A stretch of 64,000 bases of DNA from Saccostrea cucullata. Lineage: Eukaryota. The notes under the pieces were generated by a model, which saw only the letters and a program-made list of their open reading frames with translations, made no database searches and was not told the DNA's origin. The stretch covers positions 496,001 to 560,000 of the forward strand of contig NW_026925910.1 in assembly GCF_032062105.1 (NCBI RefSeq), given 5' to 3'. This document shows, one piece after another, positions 14,745 through 26,383 of this stretch; within the stretch, counting starts at the first letter, position 1, and each line of letters begins with the position of its first letter. Both the position numbers and the translations under genes were made by a program.

Positions 14745-16371
14745 TGCCCTTTTCCAAGGGGAGATAATTATGAATTTGAGAAAAATTAATGCCATTTTAA
14801 AAAATCTTCTTCTCAAGAACGACTGGACCAGGAAAGATGAAACTCACATGGAATCATCCTCAGGTAGTGTAGATTCAAGTTTGTTCATATCATGACCCCC
14901 GGGGGTTGGGGCCAAAATGGCCGATCAAAGTTTTACATAGGAAATATGTCAAGAACCACTGGGCCAGGAAAGATGAAACTCATGTGGAATCATCCTCCCA
15001 AATCACGGGGGTAGGGTGGGGCCAAAATGGCCGATCAAAGTTTCACATAGGAATATATAGGAAAAATCTTTAAAAATCTTCTTCTCAAGAACCACTGGGC
15101 CAAGAAAGATGAAACTCATAAGGATTCATCCTCAGATAGTGTAGATTCAAATTTATACAAATCATGACCCCCGGGGGTAGGGTGGAGCCAAAATGGCCGA
15201 TCAAAGTTTTACATAGGAGTATATAGCAAAAATCTTTAAAAATCTTCTTCTCAAGATCCAAAGGGCCAGGAAAGATGAAACTCATGTGGAATCATCCTCA
15301 GATAGTGTAGATTCAAGTTTGTTCAAATCACAATGCCCGGGGTAAGGGTGGGGCCAAAATGGTCGATCAAAGTTTCACATAGGAATATATAGGAAAAATC
15401 TTTAAAAAACTTCTCAAGAACCACTGGGCCAGGAAAGATGAAACTCATAAAAATTCATCCTCAGATAGTGTAGATTCAAATTTGTTCAAATCATGACCCC
15501 TGGGGGTAGGGTGGGGCCAAAATGGCTGATCAAAGTTTTACCTAGGAGTATATAGGAAAAATCTTTAAAAAAAATCTTCTCAAGAACCATTGAGACAGGA
15601 AAAATGAAACTCATGTGAAATTATCCTCAGATAGTGTAGATTCAAGTTTGTACAAATCACGACCCCCGGGGTAAGGGTGGGGCCAAAATGGCTGATCAAA
15701 GTTTTACCTAGGAGTATATAGGAAAAATCTTAAAAAATTCTTATCAAGAACCATTGAGACAGGAAAAATGAAACTCATGTGAAATTATCCTCGGGTAGTG
15801 TAGATTCAAGTGTACCCCCGGGGTAATGAGGCCAAAATGGCCGATCAAAGTTTCACATAGGAATATATAGGAAAAATCTTTAAAAATCTTCTTCTCAAGA
15901 ACCACTGGGCCAGGAAAGATAAAACTCATATGGATTCATCCTTAGATAGTGTAGATTCAAGTTTGTTCAAATCATCACCCCCGGGGGTAGGGTGGGGCCA
16001 AAATGGCTGATCAAAGTTTTACCTAGGAGTATATAGGAAAAATCTTTTAAAAAATTCTTATCAAGAACCATTGAGACAGAAAAAAAGAAACTCATGTGAA
16101 ATTATCCTCGGGTAGTGTAGATTCAAGTTTGTTCAAATCATGACCCCGGGGGTAGGGTGGGGCCAAAATGGCCGACCAAAAATTAATTCTCATAGGAATA
16201 TAAAGGGAAACCTTTTAAAATCTTCTTTTCAAGTACTTCAAAGCCATGATTAGTAATATTTATATAGAATTATCCTCAGGTAGTGTAGACTCTAGTTCGT
16301 CCAAACCATGATATGTGCTTTTTCCTAGCTGATGTGCTCAGGTGAGCACTGTGGCCCCTGGGCCTCTTGTT
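14560..16371 (+). mobile_element. HINE (non-autonomous Helentron-associated element) carrying an array of ~166-bp Cg170/HindIII-like satellite monomers
   Basis: 5' TTTTTAGCTCACCTGAGC subTIR, inverted repeat and (GTC)n microsatellite. About 9-10 tandem units (tcaagaaccactgggccaggaaagatgaaactc...gtagtgtagattcaagtttg...ggggccaaaatggccgatc). 3' GCTCAGGTGAGC subTIR, GGCCCCTGGGCC hairpin and TT end. Confidence 0.9.
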
Positions 16372-19000
16372 AAAATTAGTACATGTATTTAAATGATTAT
16401 GCAGTATTATATATATTTTCAAAAAATGTCTATTTTTTAAATGACATATTTTTGAAAAATGAAAGTGGTTTTACTATGATTTTTTCAACTTTATTAGAAT
16501 AATATAGTAATAAACTCCTAAAATCCACTGCATTGCATAAAAGAAAATATTTCTTTTTAAAAATATTGACATTTTATCTTAGTCATTTAAATTTTAATGT
16601 CCTTCCTGTTACTTTCATAAAAAAAGCTGTAAAACTCTATTTCAAAATTTTTATCTAATAATCTCTCAAAAAATGAAAAAAATTATCATTGAATGCCAAG
16701 ATGTTTGACATTCATCTAATATATGCGTTTAAAAGCATGTCAAACTACCATATACCAAACAGAAGCAAAATCTATGGGTTTTTCATTGAAATGCCTTAAA
16801 TATTTATATGCTATAGTAGAAAAAAACATTCTGTACATTATTTTTGTGATTAGAATAAACAGTTACAGAAAGTTATTTAAACAGGTGCTCTGCCAAAGCA
16901 ATTTAAACTAGGAAAATATACTGGTAACAGTAAGGACTTGGGTAACAGGAAGGACAAAACAGTAACAGGATGGACAAAACAGTGTAACAGGATGGAAAAT
17001 GAAATCTACATTTGAAATAAAAATTGACTTTTTTTAAACTTTATTGGTTAGGAAAAGAGAAATAAATGTAGAATAAAAACATGATTTTGTCAAATCTGGC
17101 AAATTCGAGACAATAAAAGACATTTATGTTTTTATCGAAATTTAATTGTAAAGTGCTATTAAAATATTTATGTCTTCAATTTTTGTTTATTAAAGGTACT
17201 CTATGCTGTTGCAAAACTAAGAATTTTTCATAATTTTAAGAAAAACAAATGATAAAACTTAAATCAGTATATAAATACCATGATAATTTGTCCCTCCTGT
17301 TATAATTTCTGTCCATTCTGTTACAAGAGTGCATGTTTAAGTAGTAATGGCACTATTTGAAGCACTAACATATTTCAATATTATAATACGAAGTTTTTTA
17401 ACATATGTTATTAAACTTATATTACTTAGAAAAATAAAAGTAATTGTTTTTATTGTTAAAACTCAAGATATGAAGTCCAGTTTTCCTTACTGTTACCATA
17501 TTAATGGTAACAGAAATGACAGTAACAGGATAGACGTTTTTCATATAAATCACCCGTTATTTAGTATAACGTACTCTTTTTGCAACATCGAGACATTGAA
17601 ACAATTTCTTTGTAGCTTAGTTAATCTAATTGTTTTAGCAGAATAAACAATTTAAAGAGTACTTGCATATTAAGAAGGTAACAGATAGGACGTATTTTAA
17701 TTATACTCTACCAATAAGACAAACGTATCGACCTTTGAACCCTTTCTTTACTCACTTTCAAATCATGGCGCTCATAAACTTGAGACAACAGAAAATGATG
17801 ATATATTGTGGATCATGAAAACAGTTCCTAGGAAAGTGAAATAACTTTTATTTTAACATTTTCTTTTTGGTAACAGAAATGATATATAGGGACATGTCAT
17901 GAATGTTAAATGCACAATGCTAGTATTTAGTGGGCGGCATAAGTAAAACAATCATATTAAATTAATCTGTAAAAAACGATTAATAAGTGCAAAATTTGTA
18001 CATATCTTCACATGGTGATATTTTTCTATCATTTAAATAAATATAAAATTTTTGTTAATGTGACATGGTTTTACTGTTAAATTTTACTGCGAATGCATGA
18101 AATTTTTTATAAAACATGGGAGATGATCATAAAATAACTTATAAGCTGTATGACCATGTATATTATCCAACGGGAAAAAAACTTTCACTCTAGAAAATTT
18201 TTTTCCTATTTTTCTGACCAAAAGACAAAAAAATAGACTTTTTTTGAAAATGACCCATATATATTTTACCATTTTGTCATTTTTCAGGAAAAGGGGTCAG
18301 GGTGGGGGGTAGGAAGGTAATTATGTTTCTTAAGTGCATTTCAGTACTCTAGTGCTTTTTTGTCCCAATCCTAATTCATGTAAACAACTTGTATAAATAC
18401 ATGTATACACTTCATATATTTACTATACTCTCAATTTAACATTGTGTCAATGTCCCCTTAGCCGAATATGCCTAAATTTTGACTACACCAATATTACGAA
18501 TTTTACTTAAGCTGTATTACATTGCAAGTGTTGAAATGTTCTGTAAAATAGAAAAAGAAATTCTCTCATTTTTTTTTCTTTAAAGATTGTACGAATTCAG
18601 ATTTATTTAATGTTTGAGATATGTATGACATCATCATTGCATGTATTGAAAGATGGCAAGAACATTTTTATTTCATCTTGTATTGTTTTAAATGGTAAAT
18701 ATGGTGTATGTGATTGGAGTAATTTAGAAGTTTTTTTTTATCATAAGAGTTTTGATATTTTCAGTATGTTGTGATAGGAGGCATTTGTCATTGCAAGATG
18801 ATTCATCAGAAGTTTAACAATAAAATTAGTATTTTAATATATTAAATCAGTTGTTGACCCTTTTTGGGGGGGTGGGGAGTGTATATATTGATGAATATTT
18901 TTGTCATCATTTGTTAGATTATTACTACAAATATTTTTTATTTAATACTAATTCCAACATCTGTTTTATTTGATATTAATTCTGACATCCAGTGGGACTT

Positions 19001-22000
19001 TCAGGAGAAATTTTCTTCACAGAGTACCCGGTACTCCATGTTATTGTCCCCAGTTTTCCAGTGGTCGGGAGGGGAGTTGTAAGCATACACTGAGTGACCG
19101 TGGGGGTCATGCTGACCCTCCCAGAGATTATCTGTGACCGGACTAGACTGTCCATTCCCCACCCACTGCCAGTCTCCATTAACAACCTCCATTCCCAACC
19201 AGAACTGAGGGGCGTAACCTGTCAATTCAATAAAAGATTTCATCATTTTCCTGTTGATATAAATATAGATACATAGTAAATGAAAATCAGTTACCTGGTA
19301 AAAAAAAAAATTACAAGTCCCCATCCCAAACTTCCTTGTCAACTTTTTCCATGGAACGAAATTAATTTGGGAATCAATATATTTCCGAAATCATGGTTAT
19401 TATACCTTCTCACAGTTGGGCGAATTTAAAACGGGGCTAATTCACAGAATACAGTATAATTGTTTAAACAGAACTGTGACTGTAACAATTGTTAAAATTG
19501 ACAAAATTGTTAGCAAGTGTAAAAGGGCGAAAATAAACCAGTATACAGTTTACAAAATTTGCCCCCTTTTCCCCGGATCAATTGGTCTTCCCCTTAGGTA
19601 TTTATCAGCTGTCTGTTATAACGAGAGATTGTCAAATATCAGACATTTTTTATTTTGGTTATCCAGAAGGTCCTAGGATTTAAAAACAGACAAACATAAT
19701 CTAAAAAAAGAAAACAGTATCGGTTGCAAAATCAAGTAAATCTAACCAGGCATTGTTTCAAAAGGAGAACATTTAATTGTGCTGAAATGGAAAAAGTATC
19801 AAATCCCTCCCCCCTCCTTGCTCTGTGAACTTTAAGGTAGGATTCTTCTCTGGTTTCTGACAAGATGGAATATTCAAAGTACATATCTGTTGATATGTCT
19901 TATATATTTAGATGTAAGAGATTTAAAAGACCATATTTTTCTTTCCTCATCACAGTTATACAACTTTAAATAGAAATGGTAAACTGCGTTTGAAAACTAG
20001 CAGTGACTATATTTTTGGCGGAATGGTGGCGTATGAAAATATCTTCTTTTCTGCCATTCAAAATTAGTATAGAACATTGAATTTAGTTAAATTTTCAAAT
20101 GTAAGTTAAATTAATAATAAGGGACTAAATATATCAAATAAATACGATTTTTCACACATACTAGAAATATGTTGTCTTTTAAATGCTTCAAATCTAATTA
20201 CAGATTTGAGCCAAAAATCCGTAAAGTGTTATTTTTCGCTTAGTAAACGATAAAAACTTTTAGTTTTTGCCTCGTTTTGTACCTTTATGTGACAACTTTA
20301 CTATATGTGAAAATTACAAAAAGTTAAATATAGGAAGCATATAAGAATAACTAATAAATCCTAAAAAATTTAAGAAAAGTAGAGGAAATTCGGATTAGCA
20401 AATATTCATTTTATTTAAATTATCCATGTCAATTTGGTAATATCATCTAATAGGCCCTATATGGTAGTATCTTTTTATGCAAAAAGAAAAACATTCGATT
20501 TTTTTCAATTACAAGTAAGGATCGCATGATTGGGAACAGTAATTTTTTATTCTTAATGTCCAAGAAAAGGGTAATGACCTTGACCTGACCTTGCCTCTAA
20601 TATAAAACGGTCAAATTTAATCTCACTGATACCATCACTTAGTGATATTGTCCTCTTGATTCTGTGAAAATTTCATTAATTTTCATTTTTCAAATACAAG
20701 AAATGTGAGAAGAATCCTACCTTAATGAAACAAGCAAATTCAAAGAATTGTAGTCCCATGCTTTCGGTATCCATGTGGGTGAGATGTCATTTATTATAGC
20801 ATATTGTGTCAAATATAAACGCCGTATCATATGTCATTCAAAACTTATCACCAAAGTTGATTTTTTTTTTTAAATGTAGGTCAAACATGAAGGCCAAGGG
20901 AAATCAGCATGCTCGGAAATATTTTGTCACAGGAAATACCCATGTCAAAAATTTGAAAGTCTTATCTCTTCTCTATCAAAAGTTATAACGAAAAATTAAC
21001 ATTTTTAAAAAGTAGGTCAAACGTAAAGGCCAAGTTAACTTTGTCAAAAAACAGTGTGTATTCAGAAAGGTCTTTCACAGGTAATACACATGTTTTAGTA
21101 TGAAGCCCTATCTCTTCTCATTCAAAAGTTTTGGCCAATTTAATGTTTAAATTTTTGACAAACTCCAAGGTCAAGGTCACAGGTTTAAAATTCATAGGAC
21201 ATTTAGAAAGGTCTTTTCACAGGTAATACACATAATATATGATATGAAAGTCCTATCTCTTATTCAAAAGATATGACCAAGGGTAAAGTTTTTGTGACAG
21301 ACGGACAGACGAATGAGATTTAATGTCCCCTTGCTTTCGCGAAAGCGGGGAACAAGTAGACAATTTATCATATCTAAATAAGATATTCAACCTGTCATAA
21401 GCCTTCCCAATCTCAGTTCCTCCTCGTCAGATTCTAGATGCACCACGTGGGTGGCTTCGGCTTCGCAGATTCGTTTGGCGTCCTTGTAGCGTTTATTGAG
21501 ATCGTAGAAGTAATAACAAGTACCGTGATCTGTATCGGGTATCGTCATAGTGGCCGACTGATGCTTGTCACAACTTACTGTCGTCGAACCTTAACAAAAA
21601 CTAAAAAGTCTGCAAGATATATTTATTCAGTATACTGTCTGACATTTCCGTAATGATAACATAAGATGATAACCTTAACAAAAGTAAAGTTTTATGATGA
21701 ACGTGATGACTTCAACTTTTTAATCGTCACTTATTGACGAACCAGTTAAGTAGACAAGGATTTGAACAGTTTCTTTTAAAGCCTCATCTCGCAAGTTCTA
21801 TGGTCGATACAATAATTGAGCATCAATTTTAGAATGGAACCCCTTGAGCAGCTTTTGAACATCATTGTCAGACAGAAAAAAAAATAGACCACCAATTTCT
21901 CCAAGAATTGTTTATATTTCAATGAATACCTGAGGATGGATTAACAACGGTTGATGACGTTAGCAGTGCACTTGTAGTTGATTTGCTGGATTGGCCAGAG

Positions 22001-22621
22001 GTAGTGAGTGTTGATTGGATACTAGAAGATGCTACGTCAGTATGTGTAGGGATCGGATTGGTTGGATTTGTGACGCTTCCTGGGTCTGTGTTACACATGT
22101 TACAGGTCTTGGCACACAGAAAAAGAGCAGAAGATGGTCGAAGGTTACAGATATCCAAAGTCTGTATCAAATGTTGGCAGTTTTCTTCTGCATCAGTACA
22201 TGCTATTTGTTGAGCTTTACCTAGAATTAATTGTATTTTGTATCGAACGGAGAAATATTGAGCAGGTGCGAATCAGGGAATTGGAATTTTTAAGGGGGGG
22301 GGGGGGTTCCACATATCAAAAACCCCTACAGACACCAAACTAGGACATTTTTGACTAGGAGAAAAAAATTCAAAATTTCTAATCATGCAAACCTATTTAC
22401 TGGAGTTGGGAATGTTAGGTACTTTTTAAAAGTCTTATTTTAAAACATTCCGGAGGTTGGCATTGGACAAATTGTCGCAAAATATGCGCATGGGGTAGAA
22501 TATATTGAATATAGTGAATTTTAAGGTTACAGTAAAAGATGTATAGTATACATTTACCATAGCTTATTGCAAAGATGTAACACACAACAATCCAGCTGTA
22601 TGCAAGCATTTTTTCTCGCAT
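19001..22621 (-). CDS. Secreted ShK-domain + Ser/Thr linker + C-type lectin-like domain protein (4 exons)
   Basis: Exon 22621-22558: signal peptide MREKMLAYSWIVVCYIFAISYG. Exon 22220-21930: ShK (CTDAEENCQHLIQTLDICNLRPSSALFLCAKTCNMC) plus S/T-rich linker. Exon 21589-21392: GTCYYFYDLNKRYKDAKRICEAEATHVVHLESDEE. Exon 19250-19001: FWLGM...WQW...YRVLCE*. All junctions are phase-1 GT/AG. Confidence 0.85.
19836..20721. mobile_element. Kolobok-like non-autonomous DNA transposon (TTAA TSD)
   Basis: TTAA|GGTAGGATTCTTCTC ... GAGAAGAATCCTACC|TTAA. Confidence 0.8.
20730..21355 (-). mobile_element. Degenerate HINE/Helentron-like element with ~150-bp internal repeats
   Basis: Repeated aaggtc...ttcacaggtaatacaca...atgaaagtcctatctct...tcaaaagtt units. 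Ends in a GACAGACGGACAGACG microsatellite and a ccccttgctttcgcgaaagcgggg hairpin. Confidence 0.65.
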
Positions 22622-23541
22622 CAGAAGAAATCAGAAATATAGCATTGTATGATAAGATTATTCTTTAGTGAACACCACTTTGAGTGACATCAAGTTCGAG
22701 AGATAAGAAACGTGAAAGGTTAAAATGTGGGAAAGTAAATTCTTGAATACAATACAATGAAAGTTGTTTGTTTCAATACGTACACATGTGCATGGTTATC
22801 TTGTTTACTTTATTTATGTTTTGCTCTTTTTGTGAATTTTGAGTGCCATAAGTATGTACTTGACAAAAGGTTTAGCTAGTTTAAGAGTTTTTTCTTGTTA
22901 TTTCAATTTTATGTATTCATACATGTAAGGCCTATTTTTAGCCCTAGTATATGCATTATTTCTACATACAATGTCTGTTTTTGGATCATAATGATATGGT
23001 GTTGCCAGTCCCTCCCTTGATCGGGAATCCGAGGGTAACAACAGGAAGAAGTTTCTTTAAGTGAAAGAACAAGTGTTATCCTAGCTTTCTCCCGATGTCG
23101 CTCTTGTAACTCTGCCCTCCAGGCGTGCTTCCCCGCCCTTAGGGGGAGTGAGAGGCCTTAATTGTGCAGCAAATGATCTTTTTTTCAACTGATATATCAC
23201 AGACGAGCAAACGGTTTTAGCGGCAATTTGACATAATAACTGTCAAATAGGAGACCAACAAAGCGGGATCGTTTTATGTTCATAAGTTAAACAGGAAACT
23301 AAGGAGGAAATCGGTACTTAGTACAATACTTATCCCATGACTGAACAAAACATTTAATATCCCATGACTAAATTCGTATGGGCGAAAATATATGGTGGTT
23401 TCAATGGTAATACTGATGGATTTGATGTTTCTGTTATTTAGGGGTTGAAGATAAACCTATTTGCTGTCTTCGGATTAACTTCTAAAACTGTCGAGGAACT
23501 CCGACAACATTTATGCCGAAATCCAATTGGAGATCTTTATT

Positions 23542-25224
23542 ATGGCGTCGAAGTCTCCTGATTCTGAATTTGCACAAGTGTTGATAACATGCCATCTCTG
23601 TTCCACCCAAGTAGGACTTTACTGTTCCACCTGCGGTATAAATTTGTGTGGAGGGTGTGTTGGTCAGCATATGCTATCTCTTCCATTGCAGAAACACGAT
23701 GTCGTCAAATATTCCTCAAAATATGACGTACTTTTCCAGCCATTCTGTACTGCACATCCTGATGTGCAATGCGAGATTTTCTGCGAAGAGTGTCAATCTC
23801 CCGTTTGTTCTAAATGTATCGCTTCTATGTCACATAAAAACCATCAATTCAAGGAACTCCAAGAAAAATATGCCATCTTGAAGGAAACCGTAGCAAAAGA
23901 TACCGAAACTCTCGAAAACCGAATTGTAAAAGAATATCAAAATATTGTTGGGGAGCTGCATGGATTAAGAGCTGACTTATCAAACTACTATTATAATCTT
24001 CGGTCGGCTGTCTTAAAGAGAGGAGAAGGGTTACACCAGCTTATAGACAGCGCCATCCAAAAATGCCACTCTGATATTGACGCAATGGAAACTCAAGAAA
24101 TCGGCAAAGTTGAGCAGAACCTGTCCGAGTTTAAAAGGCTCCTGCAAACGGTGCAAAACAAAATTAAGGAGAATAACAGATACCTTCAGTCGATGGATAA
24201 AGAAATATTTAGCTACAAGTCTACGTTGACTGAATTTACAGACGTTCCTTCAAGACTAACGCTTGCAGCTCCACCTATGTTCATTCCAGCAAAAATGGAC
24301 ATGAATACTGACGATAAGTTTTTAAAATACGTAGGCAAAATCATCCCCTCTAAAATCATAAACAATGATTCTTACACACTTACTCAGACGAGTTCTAACA
24401 GAGATGTCTTGAAAAAGCCATACGTCATTGCCTCCATTGAAATCCCTAAGTACATGTACAAGAACCTGTTTAGACTGAGCTGTTTTGGGAAGGAACAAGC
24501 ATGGATCAACGGCTCAAGTAAATCTCTTATTCGATGTGATAAGCAGGGTTCAATCTTGGAGGTTGTTGATGCGAACTCTGGTGATATTCCGGTTGGTTTG
24601 ACTGTTACTAAAGACGGAGAACTAATGTACACAGATCGCAAAGCCAAAAGCATCAACATTGTACGAAACGGTACAACAGAGGTACTTTGCAAACCAAAGT
24701 GGTTCCCGGGTACCATATGTTCCACGGACAACGGGGATTTTCTGGTTGCAATGTGGAATGGCTTGACTGGGAAGCAAAAAGAAATCAAAGTCACAAGATT
24801 TTGTGAAACAGGTCTAAAACAAGATATCCAGAACGATGAAAACGGGCAACCTCTCTTTCAAATAGAGGGCGAATTTACGGGACTTGCTGTCACTGAGAAC
24901 AGAAACGGGGATATCTGTGTAGCAGACTGGAATGCGAATGCCGTGGTGGTCGTCAATGGGAGAGGGAGACTCAGATTTAAGTACTCTGGGGCAGGGGAAG
25001 GGTCGTTCATCCCTCGGTATACTGCGACAGACAGTCAGGCCAATATTCTAATTTCCGACATCAAGAACCAATCTGTTCACGTTCTCGACATGGATGGAAA
25101 TGTAGTCCTGTTAATGGATAATTGTGGATTTTCTAATCCCTATGGTGTTAGTGTTGACAACGAAGATAATCTGTGGTTGCTGGAACGATTTGGGAAAATA
25201 AAAATCATTAAGTATCTGAAGTAG
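23542..25224 (+). CDS. Intronless RING-less TRIM-like protein (two B-boxes, coiled coil, NHL/beta-propeller)
   Basis: Single ORF of ~560 aa. B-box 1 CHLC..YCSTCGINLCGGCVGQH...H and B-box 2 CTAH..CEIFCEECQSPVCSKC...HKNH, then a coiled coil and NHL-like repeats (ENRNGDICVAD, GRLRFKYSG, ATDSQANILISD, PYGVSVDNEDNLW). Typical of the oyster-expanded TRIM2/3/71-like family. Confidence 0.9.
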   Translation: MASKSPDSEFAQVLITCHLCSTQVGLYCSTCGINLCGGCVGQHMLSLPLQKHDVVKYSSKYDVLFQPFCTAHPDVQCEIFCEECQSPVCSKCIASMSHKNHQFKELQEKYAILKETVAKDTETLENRIVKEYQNIVGELHGLRADLSNYYYNLRSAVLKRGEGLHQLIDSAIQKCHSDIDAMETQEIGKVEQNLSEFKRLLQTVQNKIKENNRYLQSMDKEIFSYKSTLTEFTDVPSRLTLAAPPMFIPAKMDMNTDDKFLKYVGKIIPSKIINNDSYTLTQTSSNRDVLKKPYVIASIEIPKYMYKNLFRLSCFGKEQAWINGSSKSLIRCDKQGSILEVVDANSGDIPVGLTVTKDGELMYTDRKAKSINIVRNGTTEVLCKPKWFPGTICSTDNGDFLVAMWNGLTGKQKEIKVTRFCETGLKQDIQNDENGQPLFQIEGEFTGLAVTENRNGDICVADWNANAVVVVNGRGRLRFKYSGAGEGSFIPRYTATDSQANILISDIKNQSVHVLDMDGNVVLLMDNCGFSNPYGVSVDNEDNLWLLERFGKIKIIKYLK

Positions 25225-26383
25225 CTTAAATATGAGACGATGCATCTACTGCCAATGCCAACTCATTTTATATGAATCCATTCGAAAAGTCGTCCTTTTC
25301 CCCGAAACAATTGAACGATTTGAAAAAAACATGATAAAATGAGGGCTCTTCGCAATAAAAAAAAAAAGTTTTATATACATAGCTTTAAACGCCAAATTAA
25401 AAATTGAATGTACTTAGAAACCAAACACGCAATATTGAACTTCAACGTATAGGGATACTTTGTGGACTTTCAAATGATATGGCCTCGATATACCAATCAC
25501 GACTTTTTGATATTATTGGAATAACTATACTTAAGGTACTCCAGTCCTCAGCCAGGAAGAATAACTGTTTATTTATAATTTAATTCAAAAAGCCTCAGAA
25601 TCAAGTTTAAAAATAAAATCTTTTCATGCAGCAATTTTCATTTTATACCTCTCAATGTACTTTTAACCTTATAACCAGAAGGGTTCTTCTTTATGCCGTA
25701 AAGAGTAGTGTTATAGTATAATTTTATTGAAAAAGTTAAAGAGTTTTAAAGATATAACCTGGAAACAAAGTTTATCACAAAAATGAATGAAATCATGACC
25801 TTTAATTTTTGACTTCAATATCCTTCAGGCCAAATGGAAATGTAAAGAATTTCATTGCAAAAAGTTCAAGGGTTCTACTGATATCACACAAAAACAGAGG
25901 CATTTCACACAGACAGAATGTACTACTATGCATTTATGACCTTGACCTTCAAATCAATAGGGGTCTTCTTTAGGCCATGCAGTTGCCATATAAAATCTCA
26001 TTGCGAAAAGCTTGGAAACAATATTACACACAGACATGATTTAAGATCTTGACCTAAAAATCAATAGGTGTCTTCTTTAGGCTGTAGGGAATTTCACTGC
26101 TCAAAGGCTAGTAGAGAAATTAATGTGAAATCAAATGTTACAATGTATGAATTTCTGGCATTGACCTTTGAACCTTAAAACCAATAGGGATCTTCCTTAG
26201 GCCATAGGGAGTTGTAATATAAATTTCATTCCAAAACCTCAAAGACTTCTTGTACAAAGACATAAAAGATCATTTAATGAATACTTTTTTTAATTATAAA
26301 TCTTCAGAATTACGAATTAATCCAAATTAATTTCCAGTCAATATGCCATCAGCAACTTTACAATAAATAGGATCTTTTGCAAA

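Noticed and set aside
14547-15929. ORFs within the satellite array, plus antisense ORFs over MAN1B1, TRIM and HSPA5 exons
   Set aside because: Repeat-derived or shadow frames with no independent coding signal.
14700-16260. Regular repeats considered as a CRISPR-like array
   Set aside because: Eukaryotic satellite: whole monomers repeat, with no unique spacers and no cas genes.
23005-23170. GC-rich island between the ShK-CTLD and TRIM genes (ribozyme or ncRNA?)
   Set aside because: Could not fit an HDV or hammerhead fold; more likely promoter or TE relic.
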